A stretch of 64,000 bases of DNA from Octopus vulgaris (taxonomy: Eukaryota), in NCBI GenBank assembly GCA_951406725.2, contig OX597815.1:184636001-184700000 (forward strand), written 5' to 3'. The notes beneath the pieces are model-generated. The model searched no databases. It was not told where the DNA came from and saw only the letters and a program-made list of their open reading frames with translations. Below are positions 1-13,628 of this stretch, one piece after another (positions within the stretch are counted from its first letter, which is position 1; every line of letters begins with the position of its first letter). Made by a program: the position numbers and the translations under genes.

Positions 1-176
1 ATATATACATATATACGACGGGCTTCTTTCAGTTTCCGTCTACCAAATCCATTCACAAGGATTTGGTCGATCGAGGCTATAGTAGAAGACACTTGCCCAA
101 AGTGCCACGCAGTGGGACTGAACCCGGAACCATGTGGTTGGTAAACAAGCTACATACCACACAGCCACTCCTGCGC
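1..176 (-). mobile_element. tRNA-derived SINE family A, 5' half (runs off the window start)
   Basis: Reverse complement of GCGCAGGAGTGGCTGTGTGGT..GGTTCAGTCCC..GGCAAGTGTCTT, shared with more than 10 copies in the window. Confidence 0.85.
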
Positions 177-191
177 ATTTTGTATATATAC

Positions 192-280
192 AAAGAATGA
201 GTCCTGGGGGCAATTTGCTCGACTAAAGGCGATACTCCAGCATGGCCGCAGTCAAATGACTGCAACAAGTAAAAGAATAA
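192..280 (+). mobile_element. SINE A 3' fragment
   Basis: Matches the family tail GACTAAAGGCG..CAGCATGGCCGCAGTCAAATGACTG..AAGTAAAAG. Confidence 0.75.
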
Positions 281-354
281 ACGAAAAAAGAAAGAACATA
301 CTTGAAAATGAATGCGTGGCGTTCGATCATATAATATATATATATATATATATA

Positions 355-560
355 AAGAATAAAATGTTTTGAATGGTACAACAATGCACTATAATACAAA
401 CAATGGGCTATATACCTGTTGTAATCTAGTCATCCATAGTCTTTTATGATATTTCGGAATAATATTCCTTCTTCAGATATTCTTAGAATATAGTGCATTG
501 CTGCACTCTTCAAAACTTTTTATTCCTTACAAACAATACACAATGTTTCAAGCGAACTAC
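355..560 (-). mobile_element. Penelope-like pLTR remnant with inverted repeat and HHR-like motif, between (TA)n tracts
   Basis: 356-394 is an imperfect inverted repeat of 490-528; minus strand 445-479 reads TAT-CTGAAGA-A-GGAAT-att-ATTCC-GAAA-TA-TC-ATA. Confidence 0.5.
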
Positions 561-570
561 AATACTCTCT

Positions 571-573
<3 letters not shown>

Positions 574-633
<60 letters not shown>
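574..633. repeat. (TA)n microsatellite
   Basis: Directly visible. Confidence 0.95.
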
Positions 634-637
<4 letters not shown>

Positions 638-1753
638 GATAAGGACTAAACGTATTTTAAGTTAGTTAAAATATATTCGTGACATATTACAAATTCTAAA
701 TGCAAATTCACTGCAGTTATCGTGGATAAAAAAAAACCCACCAATCAAAAAAAGTTGTAAAAATACCGTATCTTCTAAATATCTGCCACTAGCGTCCAAA
801 GGGAGATAAATCGAGTGAATTGTAAAGCCGTAGATTTATCGTTAAGGAATTTCGGTTGGTTGTGAATGAGTTGCTTTTTCTAGTTACCAGTATGGTTTGG
901 ATCTGCACAAACGTTTACCAAAAATGTTAAATCCTTAGCCTCAGCGAACGTAACATAATATATTTAGTTAAGATTTTTAATGAAATTGAATCCGTGGTAT
1001 ATCACCTGTAATATTTAAGGGCCCAATTTCTTTATATTCTATTTATCAACAACGTTTATATCGTACAAAGATTTTCTTGAAGAATTTTAACGTGGAGTTA
1101 TATGACTTAGATCAACGACTTTGTTTTCATTTAAATAACTTATTCAACGTTGACTTTATACTGTTTGTATTTAATGATTCATTAACAAATTTCCCACATT
1201 TATGTTGCATTTGAAATACTGCTGATAAATATTTATGCTTCGGCTAATGCCTGAATTTTCTTCTGGATTTATTCTCTTCCTCAAGTTCAGAGGGTGCATC
1301 AGTAACGACTTGACATTAAAAGCACTGCTTGTATTTAGACTTTGTTGTCACCAGTGAAACATTTTGTCTTCAATTTCTTTCATTTTATTGTTTAATGTCC
1401 CATGACTATTTTCATTTGCAACAAAAGTTTTTCTGATTGTTTTAGAAAATCCATGTCTTTTTTGACCAAATTTGAATATCCTCTATGAAGCCTACAAGTA
1501 ATGCATTTTCTAATTGCATTCACATTGGATTGGCGTTGCTCATAATAAAACCTAATTAAATTTCTTGCATAAATTTCTCGTTGATAATAAATCTTTAAAC
1601 CACATCGTTCTTATCACTGAATTAACACTGTGATATTTGACGGCCATGGCGCTACTTTCATTTTTGTTAATGAGAAAGTATTTTATGCATCATTCAGTTG
1701 TCATTTAATACGACAATCGTTTGCCTAAGTTCCAAACTACATTTAAGTAACGC

Positions 1754-1767
1754 GTTGCTATGGTAAC
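1754..1767. promoter_or_regulatory. RFX X-box-like motif GTTGCTATGGTAAC
   Basis: Matches the GTTGCYATGGYAAC X-box consensus, in non-repeat DNA. Confidence 0.4.
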
Positions 1768-2610
1768 AGTAATTTCCTTCATTTTAGTTAGACAACTCAA
1801 AACTTTGCAGAAGTACAATAATAAACATAGAATCTTCTCAGGTATTTGAAAAAACTGAAAGTTTTACTTTTCCAAACACCAGAAGCAATATATCTGTCAA
1901 TACACAAAACACAAACAAACAACAGTCGTTCGGAACTTTCAAGTGTTAAATCCCTCGGCATTTTCATTCAACAAAATGATATATTCAGGCAGTACACGAA
2001 AATAAAGTCTTGTTTCGTTTGGGCTATAAATAATTTTCGAAATATTTTCAGCCATAATTTTTGAACACTTAATCCTAATCCACACAGTAGCTGATAAAAA
2101 GAACCAACAGCATTGAGAATCATCTTGAACGAGTTTATACAGAAATACTATCACATTTTTCACCTGTTGTACTCTCTACTTCCTCACAGATATTTTTTCT
2201 GCTTTCTGACACATCAGTGGTTCTTTAATTTGAACATTCCGTTCAGGAAAATTACGAAAGCAAATGCATTAAATGCTAATTCAATTTGACAGTCTTTCAC
2301 CAGCTTATATTCTCTTACGAGGGGGTGTTCTAATTAGTAAGTGATAATTTTCTAATAACAAAACAGGTTTCTTTGTTTTTCAAAATATTACACCCAACAG
2401 TGAATTTGACATTTGAAAATAAACAGCAGCATTGCCCTGGCATATTTTGTACAACTTGGTATAGCACTCTAATATATTAAGATCTCCGTGCTGAAGTTGA
2501 TTTTCACATTTCTTATTAAGTTTCATCATTAAAATATGAGAATGACCGGGATGATAGAATTAATTATAATGATGAATATAAAGTGCTGGAAGTTTCATAG
2601 ACAGGTAGAT

Positions 2611-2670
<60 letters not shown>

Positions 2671-2824
2671 CAAATAGACAAAGAGAAAGCTCGAGAGAGT
2701 ACAGATAGGTATAAAAGCAGATAGGGAGAGAAACACAAAAATACATATCTCTATTTATGTATCTATCTATTCATCTATGTCTACATGTATGTGTGTATAC
2801 ACACACATGCATATATATACATAC

Positions 2825-2883
<59 letters not shown>

Positions 2884-2915
2884 TATATGTATGTGTATAT
2901 ATGTATGTGTATATA

Positions 2916-2986
<71 letters not shown>

Positions 2987-3004
2987 ATATACATATATAT
3001 GTAT

Positions 3005-3049
<45 letters not shown>

Positions 3050-3300
3050 ATGATGATTCCAGTTCCGTAAGGCAAGGCCTGGAGGCAATCATAATAGTTA
3101 AGTGGACCTGAACATTTCATTAGTTTGCACATTAAGCAAGTACAGAGGTATACATACATACATACATACATACATACACACATACACACGCACATACATA
3201 TATATTCATACATACGCGCATACATGCATACATACAAACGTACATACATATTTGTACGAATGTACGTACATGTATGCAAACATACATCCATTTAGACATA
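2611..3300. repeat. Compound microsatellite block: (AGAT)n, (TA)n, (TG)n, (CA)n, (TACA)n
   Basis: Directly visible; explains the YIYI/HTHT ORFs. Confidence 0.95.
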
Positions 3301-3822
3301 CTTAAAATATAAACATATATATATGGAGGAGAAATATAATGTTTGTGTGTGTGTATGTCGGTGCGTGTGTGTGTGTATGCGTGTGTAATTGTGTGTATTT
3401 ATGTACTATTGAAAACAGTAAACCAGAATTGGACTTTATTGCCAGTCTCATGCCAATTCGCTTTGTATAGACTCGGGTCGATCCACCCAGTGTGAGTAAA
3501 ATTTGGTGGGCGGAACCTGTATAGAAATCCATCGGTTGGGGGTGGGTTGTGCCTGTCGCTAAAAGTGTAAAGAAACCTCATCACACAGGAATTCACATTT
3601 TTTTTCCCCGATTAAGAATTAGCTTAGTTTGCGGAATACTCAGCACCTTGCAAGTTTATTCACTAAATCTAACATTTGAATCATCGACAAACGGTAAATA
3701 TTCACCATTTATAATCGTACATACGAGTGCGTGTTTGTGTGTTAACATTTGTGTTTACGCACATACATATTTGCATACACATAGATATATACCCACACAT
3801 GCAGATATATATATATATACAC

Positions 3823-3861
<39 letters not shown>

Positions 3862-3894
3862 CATGTATGTAGATATATGTGTGTGTGTGTGTAT

Positions 3895-4115
3895 GTTTGT
3901 GTGTCAGTGTTTGTCCCCAACATCGCTTGACAACCGATGCTGGTGTGTTTACGTCCCCGTAACTTAACGGTTCGGCAAAAAGAGACCGATACAATAAGTA
4001 CTAGGCTTACAAAGAATAAGTCCTGTGGTCGATTTGCTCAACTAAAGGCGGTGTTCCATCATGGCCACAGTCAAATGACTGAAACAAGTAAAAAAGAGTA
4101 AAAGAGTAAAGAGAG
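3895..4115 (+). mobile_element. SINE A 3' half
   Basis: TTTGTCCCCAACATCGCTTGACAACCGATGCTGG..GAGTAAAAGAG family sequence. Confidence 0.85.
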
Positions 4116-4806
4116 TATTATATATCCATTAAGACCGATCTTGCCAGTTGTTTTCACACTAGGGGTTCAACGAAGTGTTAGGTAACAGTCCGATTATATA
4201 ACACTACGCTCATCAGAGGAGGCATTTATAAACCTCCTAAAATTTTCCATCGTACTAGATATAACTATTTTTCACTGAAATTACGGCAATAATTCTGATT
4301 TTACAAAGTTTCTCAAAAGATATTGGCATAATCTTTTGTAATATACCATATTCTCGTATAGAGCATGTTACTATTGTAGGCTACTGAATGTACAATGGGC
4401 ATGTTTGTATTCTAAGCCCGCACATTTTTTCTCTGTAAATTAGTCATGGAACCTGCATGTGTATCATTAAATCTTCTGTCTTCGTGGTTAATTTTTTAAT
4501 ATAGTTCTCTATTGAATGTTTTGGCACACTTTTACAATATAATAGCTTGGTGATTGATTATTGATTGTACAAATTGATTTTCAGTTATATCGCGTCAAAT
4601 AGATTTGGCGTTACAAACCTACATATGCGACTTAAGAGCTTAGGGTTTTGTTAAAATAAACGATACTTAAATCCTCGAATGTAAATGGATATTTTTAGAA
4701 GCTATTCACTTTAACATCGTATGTACGATGTTAAAGTAAAATGAAGCTTCCGCATAGATGCATAAATACATCAGGATATTTATATGCATTCACATATATA
4801 TTTACA

Positions 4807-4860
<54 letters not shown>

Positions 4861-5410
4861 TGCTATATAATTATATAAATGCAGACGTCTTTACGTACAC
4901 ATGAACGTAAATTCGTTCAAGCACGCGATATCTATGATTGCTAACACTCAATGTAAGGAGATGCGAGGATGCATACGCTTACATATAGAATGTATTTGAA
5001 TAAACCCATTCACACAGATGCGTACATAGACACAGACACACATAGACACACACACACACACACAATAAGCACACAAAAGGGTAACGAAACGGAAAGAAGA
5101 AGAAGAAGGAGAAGAAGAAGAAGAAGATATAGTGATAATTTGTGTAGCATTCAATTATGCTAAATTTTTAAAACACTCAGAAAGTCGTGTTGCGTGTGTC
5201 CTATAAATGCATGGCAACCTGCTTACAAGATGTTATATGAATAAGTAAATAATTGAAAGAGTCAAAGTAGTAGATACACGACGAACGACATATTTATATA
5301 CACATACATACACTCATATTTATTAATACACACACACACGCATACACACACATTAACACACACAGTAACACACACACACATTTATATATCTACCTATAAA
5401 TTGATGCTTA

Positions 5411-5601
5411 TACTCTTTTACTCTTTTACTTGTTTCAGTCATTTGACTGCGGCCATGCTGGAGCACCGCCTTTAATCGAGCAACTCGACCCCGGGACTTA
5501 TTCTTTTGTAAACCCAGTACTTATTCTATCGGTCTCTTCTGCCGACACAAACACACCAGCATCGTTTGTCATGCAACGCTAGGGGGACAAACACAGACAC
5601 A

Positions 5602-5686
<85 letters not shown>

Positions 5687-5850
5687 GAAGGGCTTCTTTC
5701 AGTTTCCGTCTACCAAATCCACTCACAAGGCTTTGGTCGGCCCGAGGCTATAGTAGAAGAGACTTGCGCAAGGTGCCACGCAGTGGGACTGAACCTGGGA
5801 CCATGTGGTTGGTAAACAAACTACTTACCACACAGCCACTCCTGTGCCTA
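5411..5850 (-). mobile_element. SINE A, near full length, with internal (TA)n(TG)n
   Basis: Head, internal microsatellite and (GAGTAAAA) tail all present. Confidence 0.88.
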
Positions 5851-5955
5851 TATACATACACACGAACGACTAGATACCTACTCATATATTCAACAATCAT
5901 GGGTGCAGGCGTGGCTGTGTGGTAAGAAGCTTGCTTCCCAACCACAATTATTATT

Positions 5956-5998
5956 CTGTGCTGATGAAAGGAAATAACCCGGAAATCGCGGTACAGAG
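5956..5998 (+). ncRNA. Minimal type I HHR-like motif in a PLE-like remnant (about 5947-6150) that truncates a SINE A head (5902-5946)
   Basis: CTGTG-CTGATGA-aagg aaataa cccg-GAAA-TCGCGG-TA/CAGAG; stems I and II imperfect, stem III near-palindromic, GUA site. Confidence 0.5.
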
Positions 5999-6715
5999 AT
6001 ATTGTTTTGTGAGCTGAGTTGGGGTGATAGATTCCCTTGTTTGAAAATATAAGGACCCAGATCGTATAGTATAGCCATCCGGAGACGATGTCTCCTCTGG
6101 CTAAATTACAGCAACATTCGTCCTAAACCGGGACTGCCATGTTATGTTGGCAAAACAACTTTACTACAATAAAATTTATATTTAAAAGAAAATGAATTTA
6201 AAAGTACTTTTGTCTTCTTCGATATCTAAGCTAGTTTTTCCATGATTTATTTTTGCTTATTGAAAATTATGTAGAATATGAGAATGTCATAAAACAATTA
6301 CAGTAGGACGGCTGTAGTAAATGCGTAAGAAAATGGTTTAAGGCTTGGTCAATAGGTTACATATTTTCATTTACTCCGACGCAGACATCACTATTTGTGA
6401 CATATTATTTTCTGGCATTATTAAAGATTGTTCTAAATATATTTTTTCATTGTTCTACATTCTCTGACCTACACACCTTTTTAATACACGCATAATTTTG
6501 CAATTCCCATGGACCGTAAGCGAAACGAGACAGATATTTTGTAAGTGTCAAATATATCACTTTAATGAAAACATACAGGCTTTAAAATCGATTTATATTA
6601 CCTACAGATTAATTGACAATAGTAAGTAATATCCTTGCTTCGAACTCACAAGAGTAAACGAGAGAGACAGAGACACGCAGAAGCAAGGAAAAAGCCCCTT
6701 ATATTTGAATACTAT

Positions 6716-7127
6716 GGTGCAAAGTGGCTGTGTGGTAAGTAGCTTGCTTACGAACCACATCGTTCCGGGTTCAGTCCCACTGCATGGCACCTTGGCCAAG
6801 TGTCTTCTACTATAGCCTCGGGCCGACCAAAGCCTTGTGAGTGGATTTGGTAGACGGAAACTGAAAGAAGTCCGTCGTATATATGTATATGTATATATAT
6901 ATGTATGCGTGTGTGTTTGTGTATCTGTGTTTGTCCCTCCAACATCGCTTGACAACCGATGCTGGTGTGTTTACGTCCCCGTAACTTAGCGGTTCGGCAA
7001 AAGAGACCGATAGAATAAGTACTAAACTTATTAAGAATAAGTCCTAGGGTCGATTTGCTCGACTAAAGGCGGTGCTCCAGCATGGCCACAGTCAAATGAC
7101 TTAAAGAAGTAAAAGAGTAAAAGAGTA
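6716..7127 (+). mobile_element. SINE A full length
   Basis: A-box-like TGGCTGTGTGG, B-box-like GGTTCAGTCCC, CORE-like CACCTTGGCCAAGTGTCTT, internal microsatellite, tail. Confidence 0.9.
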
Positions 7128-7267
7128 AATATTCTTTTAAAATACTTTTCATTTAATTTTTCCAAAATTTAACTGTTTTACATACTTACAGTTGAAAAAG
7201 TTTCAATGACCGAAACCGGTACTGAAATGTTTTTTATAAAATTATTTTAGCATTTTCTACCTTGACT

Positions 7268-7351
<84 letters not shown>

Positions 7352-7606
7352 ACCACACTCACATAAATATAATAGAATAATTTCTATGAAGCATTGTGTA
7401 GCATACATTGTAGAAAGGATCGTGGGTAAGGCCAGAACAATGCAAAGTAAATGCAAAGCAAATCACGAGGAAACAAATATATGAATTGATGTAAACCTAC
7501 CTTGCATTCAATATTTCGAGGTTATGACCCTACTTTCAAGAAATTGACGAATGTTGCCGATCTGCTTGTATGTGAGCGTGTGTGGAGTGGACATACGCGG
7601 AAAGGT

Positions 7607-7620
7607 GTTGCTATAGCAAC
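7607..7620. promoter_or_regulatory. Palindromic RFX X-box-like motif GTTGCTATAGCAAC
   Basis: Perfect 14-bp palindrome matching the X-box, in unique sequence. Confidence 0.4.
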
Positions 7621-8282
7621 CAGTTAGCTTCCTGTAACTCTTCCCTTGTTGATATTTGGTTTCCTTTGGTGTATGAGAATGACCTGAGAGATTCTAAGGT
7701 TGCCTCTGTTCCACCGTGTTGCCCTGAAAAGGAAACCAGATATCAGCAACAGAAATTCAATCCCTAAGTTTTCCAATATTTTTGAGTAACGGGGTATAGC
7801 AAAAATTGCATTGCCTGCCCACAGTAAAGGTTTTGGGATTATAACTCATGGACACAAAAATAGCAGCGGGTTGGCACGTTAAGATTTTATATGTACCTAA
7901 GGGAGCGAAGTTTTGAGTTACTGGACAATTTATTGCATTTAAAATATCTTCAGTTACAACATATGAACAATGCCTTCGAAAAAATACTTTCACCTGGAAT
8001 TGAAAACAGTTATCGGTTTCTCCACTGTAATACTTACTAAACGATGAACTGTATTGTAACGTTAGGAACATAGCACATAGTTAGATATTGATAGGAGGCA
8101 CGTGTCGTCAGTTGTTACTTAGGGTAGGCAGTTGGTGACCTTTATATAGTAAAACACACAAAAAATAAGCGAAACATAAGAGCGTGACAGAGTTGAAGTC
8201 AGATTTACTTCTGCTTTTATAGCACGTAAAGAAAACGTCGTTGTTGAAATATACGCAGCATGTGTACTACAGCAGTACTATG

Positions 8283-8511
8283 CGGCGAGCTGGCAGAATC
8301 GTTAGCACGTCGGGCGAAATGCTTAGCGGTATTTCGGCTGCCGTTACGTTGTGAGTTCAAATTCCGCCGAGGTCGACTTTGCCTTTCATCCTTTCGGGGT
8401 CGATAAATTAAGTACCAGTTAAGCACTGGGGTCGATATAATCGACTTAATACCTATGTCTGTCCATGTCTGTCCCCTCTATGTTTAGCCCCTTGTGGGTA
8501 ATAAAGAAATA
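8283..8511 (+). mobile_element. tRNA-derived SINE family B full length (Nin/Deu-like core)
   Basis: GGCGAGCTGGCAGAA head, GAGTTCAAATTC B-box, GCCTTTCATCCTTTCGGGGTCGATAAATTAAGTACC core; TSD AGTACTAT. Confidence 0.9.
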
Positions 8512-8663
8512 AGTACTATGCGTAGCTTAAATACCGAGACTGAAAAGCAGGGGCGAAATTATGCCTACCTAATCTACAAAAAAAAATTTCATATTTTGCA
8601 TTTTATGCATAGTAATCAGAGTAACGTTCATGATTTTATTGAATTAGGAGCATTTGTTAAAAA

Positions 8664-8701
8664 CTGTCCGACGAACGGGAACGTGAAACTCTGAGTAACA
8701 G
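8664..8701 (+). ncRNA. Minimal type I HHR-like motif (CCGACGA core variant) in a PLE-like remnant
   Basis: CTGT-CCGACGA-ACG ggaa CGT-GAAA-CTC t GAG-TA/ACAG: all three stems pair. Confidence 0.6.
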
Positions 8702-8803
8702 CTTTTGTTATATTTCTGCTGCTTGTAAATAAAGCATATTACTCTACCTCTGGTATTTGAATACTCTTTTTTCCAACTTGTATCACATTTATGTGCTTAC
8801 TCC

Positions 8804-8856
<53 letters not shown>

Positions 8857-8857
8857 G

Positions 8858-8912
<55 letters not shown>

Positions 8913-9335
8913 ATTGAAGTAGTATTAGTACCGAGAGGCATATATTTTTCTATGAGAGGAAGATGTTGCTATCGAACTATTTTACTCAAGGTAAGCACTG
9001 TCTATCTTGTATCTCTAGGCGGCACGTCCCTGATTGATAGAGGTATATTATCGGATGAAGTGCCTTGCAGTATTTATTGCGAATTGTTAACTTATGAATA
9101 CAGTTCTCCTCTATGTAAACGTTGATTTTCATCCTTATGACGTTGATACACAGTCTAGGACTATGAAGTGGTCGAATAGTTAGTGAGGCAGATGATATGC
9201 TTTGCTGTATATATATTCTAACCCATTGTATTCAGAGTTCAAATCAAGGAACTTACATGATTTTACTGGGGTCCACTCTATTTCTCTTTTTCTTTCTTCT
9301 AGTTTTACTCATGAGTACTGCTATACTTCCCATCT

Positions 9336-9715
9336 GTGGAGGCGCAATGGCCCAGTGTTTAGGGCAGTTGACTCGCGGTCGTGCGATCGCAGTTTTTATT
9401 CCCAGAGCGGGTGATGTGAGTGTTTATTGAGCGAAAATACCTAAAGCTCCACGAGGCTCCGGCAGGGGGTGGTGGGGAACCCTGCTGTACTCTTTCTCCA
9501 CAACTTTCTTTCACCCTTTCTTCCTGTTTCTGTTGTGCCCGTATTTCAAAGGGCCAGCCTTGTCGCACTCTGTGCCACGCTAAATCTCCCGGAGAACTAC
9601 GTTAAGGGTACACCTGTCTATGGAGTGCGCAGCCACTTGCACGCTAATTTCACGAGCGGGCTCTTCCGTTGAGCAGATCAGCTGGAACCCTCGTCGTCGT
9701 AACCGCCGGAGTGCC
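9336..9715 (+). mobile_element. tRNA-derived SINE family D, tail type 1
   Basis: GTGGAGGCGCAATGGCCCAGTG head; 11-bp TSD ACTTCCCATCT. Confidence 0.9.
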
Positions 9716-11076
9716 ACTTCCCATCTAGCTGATAAGAAAAGAAAAATCGGTTCATATGAAGAGATTCGTTTATATAAGGAATATTTCGATACTGACTTTG
9801 GTCGGATTTGATTCAAGAATGCAGCGAAAAGAAGGCTATCTTCTTTTTTTAATTCAATACTCGCTCATTTCCGTTGGACGAGAATTTATGGGATCACTCA
9901 TGTTTAATAGAAAATAAAAACCAAATATCTCTTCACTCATTCGCTAACAACTTATAAAAGGATACATTGAATTATGAAAAAGCGACCAGAAGAGATATGG
10001 TCACGTCTCAAACGCCATATATTGCACATGGTAGACCAAAGTTTAAGAAATACTATGAGCACCTGCATCATTTAAATTAGATGATTATGTTTCAAAAAGA
10101 GCAGTTTAGGTTTTAACGAAACCAATAATTAGTCGATTATGATGGCATTCATGTCAAAGTTCAAAATATAAATCTGTAAAATAATTTATATTGCAAACAA
10201 ATTCTGCAAGCAATTAAGAATAATTAACATAAAACGTATGTCTCATTCTTTGTAATTAATATGGTTATTCATGAAATATTTGATAAAGAGAATTAATGAG
10301 TGTATTTTATGATGATTATATATATTTAGCAAAAATTGTGAAAGCATTCACTACTTTTAATTTGTGTGTACGAGAAAGAGTAAATTGTGAGCTCACACAC
10401 ATTTTTTGCACGAGATTGTTCAGTCTAAATGTTTATGAAAGTAGTTTGAATTTTTGATTACTTTTGCTACGGGCATTGGTTGGGTAATTGGCTAGAAATG
10501 ATAAGAGGCAGGCAAAGAAACTGGGTCACAGATGCTAGGAGTCTGTCTTCTGATTTGCAGAGATAGATTTAAATTATTTTCATTTTTAATCTTATCTGAA
10601 GGAAGATATGTTCTTTAATTTATTTAGCAGATTATTGTTTTACTGTGTTCCCCACATATGCGTTCAGGTGAGACCACTTTAGTAATGGAAAGCAATTAGT
10701 TGACACATTACGAACCTAAGGTATGTTAAATTCATACTAAAAAATGGAGTGAAATCAAACAATAGAAGCGCTTCTTTGTAGAATTTTATATTACACTTCA
10801 CACCACTCAACAAGCTATTAGTTTTCAATGTCAGAACACTTCCATCTACGTAATCGCTCAATATGCTAGAGGTAGTAGACCTCTCTTCTTGAATGTATCT
10901 CCTACTATGTGTAATTTGGAAAGGAAATGGCATAGTTTAGTCCTGGACATACGCCTAAACTGATGGGGTGGTCACAATTCAGTTCCAAATTCATAAGTCT
11001 GCTTAATCAAGGTTGACCAGGGATCAAGCAAAAGACACGTAGTACACCAGATGACACATGCACACATATGCATATA

Positions 11077-11336
11077 TATTTCTTTATTGTCCACAAGGGG
11101 CTAAACATAGAGGGAACAAACAAGGACAGACATAGGGATTAAGTCGATTACATCGACCCCAGTGTGTAACTGGTACTTAATTTATCGACCCCGGGAGGAT
11201 GAAAGGCAAAGTCAACCTCGGCGGAATTTGAACTCAGAACGTAACGGCAAACGAAACACGGCTACGCATTTCGCCTGGGGTGCTAACGTGTTCGCCAGCT
11301 CGCCGCCCTAGGCATATGTCCGCCAGCTCGCCGCCA
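11077..11336 (-). mobile_element. SINE B with duplicated 5' end
   Basis: Family B sequence; CGCCAGCTCGCCGCC occurs twice. Confidence 0.85.
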
Positions 11337-12654
11337 CATATACATATATCGCATCGGTTCCAAAGAGGTTTATAATGGCTTCTAGTTTAAGCACAAGGAA
11401 AACCAATTTTGAGGAAAGCTGGCCAATCGATGCCCTTGATCCTAACACATCAATGAGACTTTATTTTATATATTCGGTAAAAGGAAGGCAAAGTTGATGT
11501 GCGCAGGATTTGAACAAATTAATAAGTTGGTATCAAATAACTGTTAAAATATCTATGCCGTTATCTGAATACATCAACTGATTATCAAAAATCTGTTTGT
11601 AAAGTAATTCCAACGTCAATAAATACTAAGAGTAAACTGCATTATAAGTGTGTTTGTCAGTGGTACTTCATAAACGTCACTAGTGTATAAGGCATTTTGT
11701 TTTAAACCACTCCTAAATATTTGGCACCTCACCTGTATCTAAGGGGTATCTAAGGGGTATTTCACTGGAGAGAATAAACCCATATCTGCTAGCGTATTTG
11801 CACAGTATCATGCCCATGCTATCCTGCATCTTTGAAATCAAGGTTTTAGGCATCATACCGATGCAACTCTAGTTATAAGACAGTAACTAGAGTTGCCTTA
11901 GCTGAGACAATTTGCTGTGTAACTTATGTTAATTTTTATACATGTGTTACGTATTCATATTAAACGACTTCAGCACATTGTTCGGTTGAATTCGAACGAA
12001 TTACTTTCCAACTGAGTTGCTGAACACTCAATCATATCAACATTAGATTACAATCTAATTTGGTATTAAGAAGAATGATGTTTTATATATTTTTACAGCT
12101 CACTTGGTAACTTTCTTAAAATATGATATCTTCTGTATCCAATTTGTTTGTTTTTTTTCTTCTTTTTTTTTGCAAATAAAAGTGTAAGATTAAGATGTTT
12201 CCCTTGAACCAAAGTTTCAACATTGATCATTATTACATTTCGTTCTCGTAGATCTCAAAAACAAAATCTAGTCAAAGCAAAAGGGGAGAATTTAAATGCT
12301 ATCTAGCAGAAGAAAACACACACATAAAAATAAAAAATGAAGAATAATTTATATTTGCTAAAATAGCAGCTGTAAACCTTTGATGAATTTATCAAAGCTT
12401 TTCGAAAAAATTAAAAAGGAAAAGTACCATAATTATCGACGATTTATCGAGTGGCGAAAAGTAGTTAGAATAAAATAATTATTTTACATAAAATAGTAGA
12501 GAATAAAAATAAACTTCTTTGCATTTGTGATACATTGATTCTGAACTTGTTAGATTTCGTGGAATGTAGGAAATTAAGTTGTAAACAAGAGGAGAAAAAT
12601 TCGAAATATCTATCTTAGTAAAATGTTGTGTATTGTTTTTTGCATTTTCGATAA

Positions 12655-13073
12655 GTTGATTACATCAACACCAGTGTTCAGCTGGTATTTATTTCATCGA
12701 CCCCCGAGGAAAAGCAAAGTCGACCCCGGTGTAATTTGGATTTAAAACGTAAAAATGGGCCTAAAAAGGCCTCTAAGCATTTTCTCGGTGTGTTAATGAT
12801 TCTGTCAGTTCGTTTGCAACCTTCGAATAAGGAAATATTTATTTCATTAATGCCCACGGTGGGGATAAACATAGAGGTTACAAAAAAGGATAGACAAAGG
12901 GATTAAGTCGATTGCATCGACCCCAGTTCGTAACTGGAACTTATTTAAATGACTCTGAAAGAATAAAAGGCAAAGTCGACCACGGTGGAATTTGAACTCA
13001 GAACATAACGGCAGACGAAATATCGGTAAGCATTTCGACTGGCGTGCAAACGACTCTGCCAGCGCGCCGCCCT
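12655..13073 (-). mobile_element. Two adjacent SINE B copies (diverged 12655-12815; 12836-13073)
   Basis: Family B similarity; TAAGGAAAT flanks the second copy. Confidence 0.8.
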
Positions 13074-13628
13074 AAGACTAAGGAAATCTTGAGATCTCAA
13101 TGTTTATTACTAAAAGAAATTTCCCTAATAAAAAATCTCGCGAAATGTCCATTTCCGAAATTTTTCCTCTTCAGACTGGCAGATTCATGATTTTAGTAAA
13201 ATATTTTGATAAAGTTTTGCACATCTTTTGTTCGCAAGTTTTTTCAAAATAATTCATTCAGTTAAACGCTGATAAAATTGAAAAACTTTTCCAATATATA
13301 TATATTTTTTTATGCATTCAAATTATTACTCTTATAAACGCCCCTTTATAGAATGATTATTGACTGATATAAGTATTTATGCTACGTAACACAATTTTCT
13401 TCCTCGTTATTCAATATTGCTTGATAATTGCTTACGATGTAAAAGTACTGAAACTGGCTATTTCCCTTTCAATCTTTGCTTTTGTGACTTGGATATGGAT
13501 ATTCTGAGTTTTAACTCATTCCCATGTATGAATGGACGAATTTACACATGTTTCCCTTCCTTCAATTCAGTAAAAACAAAACAACACAAAAGAACAGAGG
13601 AAGTGAAATTAATATGCACATGAATTAT

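Noticed and set aside
2564-3994. Many overlapping ORFs up to 174 aa
   Set aside because: Translations of (TA)/(CA)/(TG) microsatellites; the same applies at 17093, 42423 and 51549
7188-7224. HHR-like CAG-TTGAAAA..GAAACCGGTA-CTG (and a similar one at about 18743-18783)
   Set aside because: Core and stems are too degenerate to call as features
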